Shown here: one piece after another, positions 33,531-45,381 of the stretch
How the letters are laid out: each line of letters starts with the position of its first letter
Numbering within the stretch: the first letter of the stretch is position 1
From: Blastocladiella emersonii ATCC 22665
Taxonomy: Eukaryota; Fungi; Blastocladiomycota
NCBI GenBank assembly: GCA_025594325.1
Contig: JANHCV010000004.1
Span: forward strand, 868,001 to 932,000
Length of the DNA: 64,000 nucleotides
Direction: 5' to 3'
Position numbers and translations under genes: made by a program
The notes under the pieces: model-generated
Databases searched by the model: none
Seen by the model: the letters and a program-made list of their open reading frames with translations, nothing else
What the model was told of the DNA's origin: nothing

Positions 33531-36500
33531 CTACCGACGCCGCCCCGCCGTGGGCGTCGCACGGCGCGGGAGGGCCGGGGACCGCGTGGGTGTCGTCTGG
33601 TACGACCCCTGCTTTCCGCGGGACCCGGGCGTGGGCGACGACGGCGGGACGAAGGCGCGGACGCGCGAGACCATGGCCGCGGCGGCCGCGACGGCGCCGG
33701 GCATCGCGTTCTCGGACCCGTTGGCGTGGCGCATCTGGATGTGATCGAGGACGCCCGGGACGATGCGCACGGGCGACAGCGGGCACTCGGGGTACGCGGC
33801 CGAGTCGCTCATCAGGCCCATAGGGTCGGCGGGGACGTGGGCGGCGCCGGTGGGCGTGGTCGAGCCGTCGGATGTTGACGACGGCGGCGCGTTGGCGGCG
33901 AGGATCGCGGCGCGCGACAGCGGCGCCGGGATGCGTTCGGGGCCGGGGCCCAGAAAGCGGCGCTTCGCGGGCGGCTGGATCTCCTCGCCGTCGCGCAGGC
34001 GCTTCTTGGTGAAGGTCTCGATCTCGGTCGACAAGTGGTTGACCTCGCCGGTGAGGTGCCCGACGTGCGTGCGGCACGACTCGTCAAACTGCTGGGTCTA
34101 CATGTCCAAAACCGAAATGTTAGCACCGTCAACGCATCGCGATGTCGCCCACTGAAGCGTACCGAGCTCGCGACCGACTTGGCGCCATTCTGGAGCGCCG
34201 ACGTGGCGCCCGCAACCGCCACCTTGACCTTGGCCACCTCGCCCTGCGCCGCGTCGCGCGCCGCGTGCGCGTGACGGGTGAGCTCGCCCTGGATGTTGAC
34301 GAGCTTGGTCTCCGCGGCCTGGACCTGCTCCAGCACCGCCGCCTCAGCCGCGCTGTTGGAAGACTTGACGGCGCCCGCAAACTCGCCCGTCGCCGCGGCC
34401 ACCTTCTTCGCGTCCGCCGACGCCGCCTTGAGCCCGTCAGCGAGCGTCTCGCGGCCCGTGCGCAGGGTTGCGCCGACATCAGTCGTGGCGGTCGCGACAC
34501 CCGTCTGCTTCGCCTCAGTCGCCGTGTCCATGGCATCGGCCTGCTCGCCGTACGCGGTGCGGAACGTGGCGAGGTCCGCGCCGATAGCCGCGACCGCGCG
34601 CGTCGTGGCCTCGGTCGACTTTGTCCACCCGGCGACGCAGTCGGCGGCGAGAGACTTGACAAGTCCCTGGACCTGCTCGGCGATGGCGGTCGCGCGGGCC
34701 TCAATGCGCTGCTTGTTTTCGGCGGCTGCGGACTCGGCGGACACGCGTGCGGCGTCGAGCGCGGCGGAAGCCGACGCGCAGTACTCGTCGACGCTAGCGC
34801 GCGCGTCCTTGAGGTGGGCGACGTGTGACTCGAAGTACGCCTTGAGCGACGCGAACATGGCCGTCAGGTCGCGCGCGAGGTCCGCGTTCCACGTGTCCTG
34901 CGCCACGGCGAGCGCGGTGAGCGAAGCCTGGTGCGCGGCGAGCTGGTCGGCGACAATCTTCTCGTGCTCGGCGACGGTCGCGCGCTGCGCCGCGCGCGTG
35001 TCGCGGAGCGCGGTGCGGATCTGCTCGAGCGAGACCGAGTCGAGGGACACGATCAACTCGAGCGCCTTCGTGTCCGTGGCGAGGCGCGTGGACAGGGCGT
35101 CGAGCTGCGCCTGCACGGTGGTGTGCGTCTTGGCGACCTGCGCGGCCATAGTGTCAACATGCTCGCGGACCGCGCGCGACTGGCCGGCGGCACCCGTCTC
35201 GAGCTCGGCGAGCGCGGCAGTGAGCGCGGCGAGGTGCGCGGCCGACTCCTCGCCGAACGCGTGCGCGGTCTGCATGTTCTCGGCCGTGACGCCCTTGGCC
35301 TTCCCGACCACGCCGTGCAGGACCGCGAGCTCGGTGTCGGCGGCCTCGAGCGTGGCGAGCGCGGCGTGCATGAGCTTGCGCAGGGCGGCCTCGCGCTCCG
35401 AGACGGCGCCGAGGACGATCTGGTCGTCGCGCATCGTGTGGTGGAGGTGGCGGAGCGCCTCGGTGCGTTCGGCGAGGAGGGCGCGGCTCGCCTTGAGGGC
35501 GCCGCGCGTGGTGTTGCCCTCAGCCTCCTTGATCTCGACGTTGATCTGCAGCAGCTCGTTGCGCAGGGCGAGCGCCTGCAGCTCGGCCTCGACCTCGCGG
35601 ACCTGCTCGAGCGACAGCGTGATGGTCGACAGGGGTTTCGGTTTCGGGCCGAACGCGGCCTTGATGGCGGCAAAGTGCGGGGCGATTTTGTCGAGGTCGA
35701 TGCCGCGGTCGGGCTGCCCGTTGGCGGTGGGCCGGTTCTTGATGTGTTTCGCCTTGAGGGCGTACTTGAGCGTCTTCTTGGTCTCGCCGTTGTTGGGGAG
35801 CGGGGACACGGTGGCGATGAAGCAGGTCTTGGCGGACCCGCCGAGCGACTCGCGCAGGAGCTGGGTCAGGGTGGCGTCGCGGTACGGCACGCGCGCCGTG
35901 TTGCGCGGGTCGGCGAGCAGCTCGATGACGCGGCCGAGGATCAGGAGCGACTTGTTGATGTTCCCGGCCTCGACGGCCTGCGCGTGGACGGCGCCCGACC
36001 GCGATATGTCCTCGGACCCGGCGAGGTCGACGAGGTTCAGGCGGCCGGCGCGGTACACGGGGGCGCCGGTGTCGTCGAGCGAGCGCGTGTAGACGGTGAT
36101 GGTGAAGATGAAGTGCGAGCGCGACGACCGCTGGTTGAGGTTGGTCGAGGCGACCTGGCGGCGCCCGCTCGCGCGCTGGATCAGCGTCATGGCGTCCTGC
36201 GCGTTGGTCACGGTCACCTCCTCGAGGTTGCGCACCACGACCGAGTCCTGGACCTGCAGCAGCGCGAGCGGCGGCGGCGTTGGCGAGTCGCACAGCAGGT
36301 CGACGAGCTCGTCGTTGTACACCTCGAGGCACGACACTTTCGCGGGCACGTCCGACCCGTTGAGCTTGAGCACCTCGAACAGGTTGAAGAGCGCGCGCGG
36401 GATCATGCCGGCCTTCGGCGAGTACCAGTCGCTGATGACGGCGAGCGAGCCCTCCATGGTGAACGTTTTTCCCGTGCCTGTCATCCCGTAGGCGAGGATG

Positions 36501-36847
36501 GTGCAGTTGTACCCCTTGAGCACGTCGTCGACGATGGGCGCCACGGCGTCGCGGTAGACCACGTCCTGGGTCGAGATCTCGGAGAAGGCCTGGTCGAACT
36601 GGTACACCTCGCGCGTGCCGTGGGCCGGGCCAAACTCGAGCTGCCGCGCCGAGATGCCGTTGACGTGCACGACCTTGCTGTTGAGCGGCGCATCAGGCTC
36701 GGGCCTGCATTGGGAGTATGAAGGGATTAGCGAGGGTTGCATTCATCGAGGCTCGCTCACCGCCGAGACTACTTACCGGCAGCGCACAAAGACCTTGACG
36801 TTGGTCAGCTCGGAGGCGGCGCGTCCGCGCTGCGCATTCGAGGCCAT
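33531..36847 (-). CDS. bimC: Kinesin-5 (BimC/Eg5) mitotic motor, 3 exons
   Basis: TNVKVFVRCR-P, YGMTGTGKTFTMEG, SSRSH, DLAGSE, EAGNINKSLL and long coiled-coil stalk. Introns at about 36776-36709 and 34160-34099. Confidence 0.9.
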
Positions 36848-37324
36848 TGCAATCAGTCGGCGGGTCAGGATAGTTGCATGCAAGTTTTGTGCTGGTGGTG
36901 ATCGAGAGAGGGGGAGCGCACGAGTCGTGTACACCACCGCAATCGCAACTCACAATTGCACACAAAGATTTGAGTGAACGTAGCCACAATCACAATTGTC
37001 GGCCGGAATGTGGTGAGGGGCGAAGGGCCTAGCAACCGATCACGTGAGACGCATCTTGACCTCGTCGCCCAGCTGCCGCGGCACTGCCGCTCACCCGAGT
37101 TGAGCGCACGCTCGTCGTGGAACCCCGACAACCAACGCCGCTAACTGTCGACTTCGGGCTGCCGCCGCGGCGATGCCCGCTCGTCCACGCTCGCCATTGG
37201 TGCCCGTCGAGCGCACCATCGACGCTCGTCCTCTTCACCATCGCCGCGTGCAGAACACAGCGCCAATGCGCTCCCCGCCGACGGGCCTCGCCGTCGTTCT
37301 CGGAGCACGGTAGCCGGCAATGCT

Positions 37325-37895
37325 TTGCGCACGGTGAGTAAGCGCGGCGGCCGGCCCTTGCGCGCCCGCCGGCAGCCTCGCCGTCTCGTTGCGACGCTGG
37401 CGCCCCCGCCAGTCGCGGCCGCGGCTATATCGCTGATTGAGGACGAGATGTGCGGCATTGAGACCGACAGCGACACCGAGATGGAGGACGCGGGCGAGGA
37501 CACGGGCAACGACATTGAGGAGGTCGGGTTGTCCAAGGCCAACGTGTACCACCAGCTCGCCGACTTCGGCCTCGTCTCGGGCAACACGGTCAAGGACGAC
37601 TTCTCGACCCTGTCGGACGCCGAGCAGGCGCAGATCATCGAGGCGGGCTCCAAGCCCATCGCCCTCCTGGTACTCGAGGCGCCCATCGTCAGCCTCGCGC
37701 ACCCGGCCCTCGCAAACCGCGTCATCACCAACATCTCCTCGATCGCTTCGACGTCGGTCAACCACGGCCTTCGATCTGGCCGCCCTCCCCATCTCGCTTG
37801 ACGAGATGCCTCATCCTGACACCTTCATGGCGGCCAGTTGCGAGGACCAGATGGAGCTTGACATCGATGAGCTCGCCGATATTGTTAACGTGTGA
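37325..37895 (+). CDS. Hypothetical acidic protein, structure uncertain
   Basis: Acidic ORF 37325-37801, with an apparent continuation in another frame to 37895. No domain recognised. Confidence 0.3.
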
Positions 37896-38364
37896 TGAAT
37901 GAGTACACACCTTCTTTTCTGTGGCATCCCTCCGTCAGTCTCTCGTGTGCCGATTCTGCCTGTCACTCGCGTCAAGTCGTCCTTAAGTACTCACATGACT
38001 GCACGTGAGCGCGTCGCGTCGTCCCCAGGTTTTCCACAAACCGCAATCACAATCGCATGTCGAATTGTGGGTCCGCATTCACAATTTTCGGGAATTGTGG
38101 TGGTGTACACTACGCACGACGGAGACCCTCAGGACCGCGACCCCTGTGCGACGCCGGATCGTCGCCGTGCATCACCTGATTGCGCGACGCGCCTCGCATT
38201 TCTCGCTGCGGTGCGAGACACGCGAGACGCGTCGTCGTTTCCGCTCGAGCGTTGCCTTGTCCGCCCCCTTGCCTGATCTGGGCTCCCCGCGCACATAACG
38301 TCCATGAAGCGCGCAACTCCGTAACCTCTCCATCAACTCATCCACATCCGAATATCATACCACC

Positions 38365-40691
38365 ATGTTACCAAGCCAGGGCCCGCGGCAGCAGCACCTG
38401 CAGAGCATCGCCAACGTCGTGTGCAGCCTGACGTCGTTTGCCCACCTGAGCGCGCAGCAGCAGCTCCCGACCACCACGCTCGACAAGGTCACGGGCAGCA
38501 CCAGCAGCGGTAGCGGCCAGCACCATGCGCCCTCGATCAACGTGACGGCGCCCGAGTCCGGCTCCGGTCCGGCAACGCGCGGCGGCGGCGGCCTGGCCTC
38601 GGCCATGTCGGCGTCGGCCTCGTCCATCGACGCATCGTCGGCGCGGCGCATCGAGATCACGATCGCCGAGATGGCGCAGTTCGCGCAGCTCCCGCCCGCG
38701 CTGCTGCAGAACGCGCTGTCGTTCTCATCGACGGCGCCCACGCTCAACGGCGCCGGCGAGCCCGTCACGTCTCCATCCAAGTCCGATACGAGCCCGCTGC
38801 ACGTCGCGCTGCCGCTGCGCCTGTCCGTGTCGGTGGCCCAGTTCAACGAAATGTACCAGCAGCTGCTGCTGACCGACTGCGAGCGTCTGTCCGAGACGGT
38901 GCGGTCGATCCAAACCCAACTCCGCGCGGTCGCGACGCCGCCGTTCGAGCACGAGGCGCTGCGCCAGGCGCGCGACGCGGTGCACGATCTGGTCGGGACC
39001 GCGGCGGTCCTGGTCCGCTCGCTCGCCGTCACGTCGCTGTGCCTCGCGGCCCACGTCCAGGGCGTGTCGCCGCAGACCCAGGAGTCGCTCCTGATCCGCA
39101 GCGCGTACGTGGCGTCCAGCACGCTCGATCTCGCCAAGCTCGCCCGCAAGCTGCTCGCGGGCCACCAGGCTGCCGATGCCGCGCACGCCGTCCTCGCCTC
39201 GGTCTCGTCGGCCGCGACCAAGGTCGCCCGCGCCGTCAACCAGCAGCAGCGCAAACTGTCCACGTCGTTCCCGCGCACGCTCCTGCCCGGCGGCGGCCGC
39301 GACGCGCCCGCGACCGCGCTGACCAGCAACGAGACGGGGATCCCGCAGTCGCTCGCCGCCAGCGTACCTGCCCCGCCTCACGTCGCCGTGGCCGGCATCG
39401 GGAACCACCCGGGCATGTCCATGGCCAACACCTCGCCCACCGCCAAGCCCGCGGTCCCGAAACTCTTCAACCTCGTCAAGCAGCTGCAGACGCGGCAGCG
39501 CGCGTCGTCCAAGTACGAGAAGGCGCTCGACGACGTGTGCACGCGGTACATCCGGTCGATGCACCTGTTCCTCGACATCGTGCAGGGCGCCACGGCGCAG
39601 TACCGCGCCACCATGGACGCGCAGCTCGCGACCTGCCCGGACATGCACCTCGATATCTATATCCCCGCCCGCGAGATGCTGCGCGAGCTCGTGGGCGGCG
39701 ATTGCGAGTGGGGTACCGAAGGCGCGCGCGACGTGGCAGCGGGTGGCGCGCAGGGCGTGCTCATCATGATGAAGTCCCTCAGCCAGCTCGGGCCCTGGGC
39801 CAAGGCGTTCAAGCAGCAGCAGCAGCGCGGCGGGCCTACGGCGGGCGCGGGCGGGTTCGCGGACGACGTGCCGACCATGCCCCGCGGGACTGGCGTGGGC
39901 GGCGCGCCGCCGTCGGCCCCCGCGATGCCCGTGTCGGTCATGAGCGCCGAGCAGTATGCGGCGCTGTGGTACGTCTCTTTCGTTATCGGCTCACGAGAAG
40001 CGTCCACTAACAAGTTCGCTCGAGTAGCATGTCGGCCAGCACCGAGTTCCCGTCGTCCTCGACCGCGGTCGCGGGCACCAGCATGCCGGCGGGTCTGCGG
40101 TCGACCGACTCCATCTCGGCCCTGCCCGACCCCGCGGCCGCCGCGGCCGCGCGCACGCTGTACCCGACGATCAGCAAGCACGCGTTCGACCCGGACTCAG
40201 TCCCTGCGTTCCCGGTCCCGCTGTCCTCGCGGCTCGGCACGTTCGCACTGATCAAACCCGAACTCGACGAACGCCTCGTCGGCGGCCCACGCCAGAACGT
40301 AGCGCGTCTGCTGGGCCGCGGCGCCGGGTGGCAGAAGGTGTGGCTCGAGCTGGACGTGTCGTACGGTGCGCGGCACGAGCTGGTCGTGTACCCGCTGCTC
40401 AAGATCCGCGTGCACGACGAGGAGGACGAGATCCAGCACCACTACATGGCCAACACGGCGGCCGCGCCGACCGCGCACTCGCTCAAGTACGCGGTCGTCG
40501 AGCACGCGAAGAATGTGCCCGGGTGCGGCGCCGTGGTCGCCGGGCGCAGCGCGGCGGCGGATGTGGTCCGGGTTCGGCTGGCGAGCGGGATGTCGCTCCT
40601 CGTGCATGTCGGCGCGCAGCGCAAGGAGTCGTGGTTCGGACACCTCCGCAGCGAGGCGGCCAAGGCGAGTCAGGCGACGGGCGCGTATTGA
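38365..40691 (+). CDS. Hypothetical protein with helical N-terminal regions and a C-terminal PH-like domain, 2 exons
   Basis: gtacgt intron at about 39969-40027. The C-terminus has GWQKVWLELD...ESWFGHL (beta strands plus terminal Trp helix). Confidence 0.55.
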
Positions 40692-40758
40692 GACGGGACA
40701 AGATGTGGAGAAGGAGCAAAAAGGGCAAATAGATTCAGATAGACAACCCCATGCAAGC

Positions 40759-41940
40759 CTACGCGCGCGCGCGGAGCACGCCCTCGACGACGGCGATCTC
40801 GGCGTTAAGCAGCGAGCTGCCAGCGGCGCCGAGCACCGTGTTGTGGGTGAGCGAGACGAACTTGACATCGAGCAGGTTATCCTCGCGGATGCGGCCGACC
40901 GTGACGGTCATGCCGTTGCCGCGGTCGCGGTCGAGGCGCGGCTGCGGGCGGTCCTTGAGCGGCGACACGTGGATCGCGGCGGCCGGGAAGCTCGGGCACT
41001 GGGTCATCACGGCCGCGGGCGACGGCACGTACTGGGCGAGGACCTCGGCGATCTGCGCGGGCGTCGGGCGCGGCTTGGACCGGTCGGCGAACCGCACCGC
41101 CACGTTCAGCGTGTGGCCGTCGAGGACCGGGACGCGGTTGCAGCTCGCGGACACGGTCATGCCGGCGACCTCGTTGACGTGCGACGTGGCGGGGTCGATG
41201 GTCCCCAGAATCTTCTGCGGCTCGGTCTCGAGCTTGTCCTCCTCGCCGTCAATGAACGGCACAATGTTGTCGAACACGTCGAGCACAGGGAGGCCCGGGT
41301 ACCCGGCGCCCGAGACCGCCTGCAACGTGGCGACCTGGACCGCGTCGATTTCCCCAAACGCGTCAATCAGGGCGCGCAGCACCGTGACGAGGCCCGTCGT
41401 CGAGCAGTTGGAGTTGGTGACAATGTACCCGCCGGGGCGCGGGATCTCGGCGACGCCCTGCGGCGCGGGGACGAGCCCGGCGACCCCCTGGGCGTGCGCG
41501 AGCTGGGCGCGGACCATGGGGGCGAGGTGGTGCGGGTTGGCGGTCGGGACGACGAGCGGGACGCTCGGGTGCATGCGGAAGTTCTTGGCGTTGGAGAAGA
41601 CGGGGATGCCCGAGCGCGCGACGGCCGCCTCGATCTCGCCGGCGACGCCGCTGTCGAGCCCCGAGAAGGCCACGTCGCACTCGGCGAGCCGCGACCCCGC
41701 AACGACGTCGCACCGCTCCACGACCAGCGACGCGAACGCGGACGGGATGTCGGCGGGCAGCTTCCAGTTCACGACGTTGGCGTACGCGCGGCCCGCCGAC
41801 CGCGGCGACGCGCACAGCGCATGGATCTCGAAGAACGGGTGCGCCGCCAGCAGCGTGATGAACCGCTGCCCCACGGTGCCCGTCGCGCCGAGGATCGCGG
41901 CCTTGAGCTTGCGCGGCGGGGGGACGGAGGCCGATGCCAT
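40759..41940 (-). CDS. HOM2: Aspartate-semialdehyde dehydrogenase, intronless
   Basis: AAILGATGTVGQRF, NSNCST (catalytic Cys), QAVSGAGYPG, CNRVPVLDGH and HNTVLGAAG. Confidence 0.95.
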   Translation of the reverse strand: MASASVPPPRKLKAAILGATGTVGQRFITLLAAHPFFEIHALCASPRSAGRAYANVVNWKLPADIPSAFASLVVERCDVVAGSRLAECDVAFSGLDSGVAGEIEAAVARSGIPVFSNAKNFRMHPSVPLVVPTANPHHLAPMVRAQLAHAQGVAGLVPAPQGVAEIPRPGGYIVTNSNCSTTGLVTVLRALIDAFGEIDAVQVATLQAVSGAGYPGLPVLDVFDNIVPFIDGEEDKLETEPQKILGTIDPATSHVNEVAGMTVSASCNRVPVLDGHTLNVAVRFADRSKPRPTPAQIAEVLAQYVPSPAAVMTQCPSFPAAAIHVSPLKDRPQPRLDRDRGNGMTVTVGRIREDNLLDVKFVSLTHNTVLGAAGSSLLNAEIAVVEGVLRARA

Positions 41941-42159
41941 GATGCTTGTTGATGCGTTGCAGTGCAGGCGAGAAAGAGAGAGAGAGGGCGGGCGACGAAA
42001 GCGGAGCGCAAGCCAGCAGCGTCGCGTCGGCGCCGCCCGAGGCTTGGCCGCCTGAAACGCGAGGTGACTCAGGCCCGCACGTGCGCCGACCATCTCGTCG
42101 CCGAGCCGTTCGCGATGAGATCGCCCTCTACTTTGGACGAACCATGCATACGGAAAAAC

Positions 42160-43842
42160 ATGAATCAGTCGATGCAACAGGATCTGAGTGTGCCACCCGT
42201 CACGCTCCACGTTTCGCTGGTGATCAACGCGATTCTCGTCAAGGCTGTTTATGCGCACGACGACCCGACCGATCTTGCGTGACATGCCCAGTATGCTCGC
42301 GTCATGAAGCGTGACGACACTCCCGGCGTGTACCCCGCCATCGAAGCTCGCGTGCTCTCCGCCATATCCGTGGACCATGCGTTCGGCGCTGGCCTGACCA
42401 ACGTTCTCGACATGTGGGATAGGTCGGGCCGGCCGCTCGTATGCACCCGGAGGGCTTTGCTTCATGCGCACACGTACGGCCATCTCGACTCCTTCACCTG
42501 GTGGCGGAAAGCGTGCCCGCGTCCTCGAGTCTCACACATTGGAGACTTTGGGGAGAACAAGGACACTGCCGTGATCCCCGTGCTCATGCTGCCCGATAGC
42601 AGCGAGCCGCCCGCGGGAACCTTCTCGGAACCGACACTAGTTGCAGCCGGTGACGCGCTCGCTCTCGAGTACGCGCCGGACATTGCCGCGGGCACCACGA
42701 CCGAGCTTTCTATCTCGCATGCGCGCATCAGCTCGATCGGCGTCCACGCGCTCGCACAAGCTTTCTCCTCCCCAAATCAATCGGTTCACAAAGTTACGCT
42801 TGCTTTCACTGGCATCTCGCTCCAGATGCTGCTTGACATTGGTCTCCCGTATTCGGTGACCGAGCTCGATCTCAGCGGGAATATGCTGACCTACCGGGCC
42901 AACGAAGTTGAGCGCTGGTACCAATGGCTTCCTTGCATGCTGACCAAGCTCAACCTTAGCGGCAACTCGTTTATGGCTCCCGAGGCCAAGTATACCACTT
43001 TTCTGCGCAGCTTTCCCGGCTCCCTTTCTCACCCGGACTTGGACATGAGCTTTTTCAGCCCCGAGGCCTTCTGCAACCTCATAGTCGGCCTTCCAGACGA
43101 ACTCGTCGAACTCAAGGGCTTCATTCACGAGACATGGTCATCCAAGGAGCTTGAAACGTTCTTCGATGCCTCGCCTGTCTTCCTGCGGCTCGAGATGAGC
43201 CTCAGCAGATTCCCACCGGAAGCGATGCCGCAGCTTGCCGCTTGGCTCCCGAGCTCGGTCATCTACTCGCTCGCGTTGCGCCATCTCGATCTCGATGGCC
43301 ATGACGTGCTTCGGACCGTCATGTCGAGCCTCAACCCCCAGCTCACGTCGCTCACACTGGACTCGAATGGAATCGATAACGTTGAAGCTCACACAATTCT
43401 TGCCGAGGGGCTTCCTGCAGCGCTCCAATACCTCAGGCTCGAGTACAACGACTTTGACGACGACGAGTCGGCCGTCAAGCTCGCGCACCACTTGCCCGCG
43501 ACGCTCGAGGGTCTGCTCATGCACGAAGTCGCGCTCTCGGTTGATGGCGCACGCGCATTTGCCGAAGGACTGCGTTGTGCCAACGACTTCAAACTGATGC
43601 GAATCACGGGTAATCCCATCGAGGACGACGGTGCCTTTGCGCTGCTCTCGGCAGTTGACCAAACTCTTCACCTCGCTGTTCTCAACGATTGCTCGCTGAC
43701 TGACGCGTTCTTGGACATGTGCGTGGCTGGATTGCAACTGCCGCGCCTCGAACACTTGGACGTTTCGGTCAACAACTGCACGGCCGGCGCAGCTGAGCGG
43801 TTCCAGGCCGCTTTTCCGCACGTCGAGGTCCGGTGGCAGTAA
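42160..43842 (+). CDS. RNI-like leucine-rich-repeat protein with an in-frame TGA at 42280-42282; an intact ORF restarts at 42304
   Basis: LxxLxLxxN repeats (ELDLSGN, KLNLSGN, SLTLDSN, YLRLEYN, HLDVSVN). The region upstream of the TGA aligns with the paralog at 44063. Confidence 0.8.
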
Positions 43843-44062
43843 GCCCGCACGAGTCAAGGGCATCATATTCATGCCCGCAGTCTGGTTATAATACATCCGT
43901 GTACCGTGAGCCGTCCTTCTCGCGTCCGTCAGGGCCTTCATGAACGTCGCGTCTTGGAAATGTGGCGTGACTCACGCGATAGGTCGGCGCCGCCGCTCGT
44001 CTCGACGCGTCGCTCTCTCTCCGATCCCACTTACGACACAATCCGCAATGATGCTCACTACC

Positions 44063-44517
44063 ATGAATCACTCACTGCAACCGATGAATCGAGACGCGGG
44101 CGCACCGCCGGTCAAGCTCAACATCTCGCTTGTCGTCAACGCGGTCCTGGTCCACGCCGTCTTCTTGCACGACGATCCGGCGGACCTTGCTGGCCTCGCC
44201 CAGTACGCTCGCGTCATGAAACGCGAAGATATCCCGGACGTCTTCTATCCTTTCTTTGCACTCTACATGTCGACAGTAACCCTCGCCTGCAGGACGCAGG
44301 TGCATCTGCACTGCTAGCAGCAGCCCCGCGATCGCTTCAGGCTGTGAGTATGTCCGAGTGCGGGATCACCGATACGCTCCTGGATGCGTGCGCGGCGACG
44401 CTCTGGCACTCTTTCCTCAGCTTGATTGATTTCAACGTCGCACAGACCGGATGCACCGCGGACGGCGCTGCTCGGTTCAGGGCCGCCTTCCCGTGGTGCG
44501 AGGTCCGATTGGTATAG
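44063..44517 (+). pseudogene. Internally deleted, frameshifted paralog of the adjacent LRR gene
   Basis: The 5' part (HDDPADLAGLAQYARVMKRED) and the 3' part (NPRLQDAGASALL...CTADGAARFRAAFPWCEVR) match the two ends of the 42160 gene and are joined out of frame near 44272. Confidence 0.8.
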
Positions 44518-45281
44518 AGCGGTTCGAGTCGATTGCCTCGGCTGGAACATTGTAGTGGTTCATCGAGGAATGTAACATCACGTTTTTTATGTTGTTTTTC
44601 TTGTCAGGCGGGAAGTTTTGCGCCCGGGTGCCCGAAAGCTGAGTGCAACGCGCGTTTCCGCGAGATACATGGTTAGCGCAGCCAATTCACTCGACTTGGG
44701 TGAAGCAACGCGACAGAGCACCGCGAGGTGGGTCGCGTCCGCCCAACGACGCGTCTCTCACGTGGGCGCGAGACGAAAGTGTCTCTCGCCGGTGACAACC
44801 CATACAAGTGGGCCAACCTTGGCCTCCGGCTGTTGCTTGACGTTATATACCCCGCGGCGACGGGCACGGGTCATGCAACGCGCCTATCACCGGACGATCA
44901 GCCCCGCCGCGTTGGACGCGTTCGTGCGAGCACGGCATCGGCCGGGTTGGGGTTAGCGACGCGGCCGTGGCCGGTCGTTTCGCCGAGAGTGTGGCGTATC
45001 GCGTGGTGCTTCAGCCACACCTGGCATCATCTGACTCGGTTGGGCTCGCCACGTCGCGTCGCGAGCTCGCGCGCGCGCATGCCGCCACCTTGTTCGGGCG
45101 GCCTCTTGCGTGCGCGCACTCCCCCTCCCTCGCTACCACGCTGGCAACGCGGATGAATGCATGGACTTGGGGAAGCAGGCGGAAGCCCTCGGATCGCGTC
45201 AACGCGCGTTCGACTGCGTGGGCCGTCGCCGTCAGCATCGAGGTAGGCGGGCTGTGCCTTGACGCGCCGGTTTTTGAGGAC

Positions 45282-45288
45282 TATAAAG
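45282..45288 (+). promoter_or_regulatory. TATA box TATAAAG
   Basis: About 95 nt upstream of the S9 peptidase ATG. Confidence 0.55.
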
Positions 45289-45381
45289 ATCGCCCGCCCC
45301 CGTCGTCCTCGAGTTGCTCGGACCCGTACACGCACCTTGCACCGACTTGCAACGTAACCAACCACCCGCCACCACCACACC

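Noticed and set aside
44521-44535. B-box-like GGTTCGAGTC
   Set aside because: No A box or tRNA stems; the upstream sequence is the LRR pseudogene.
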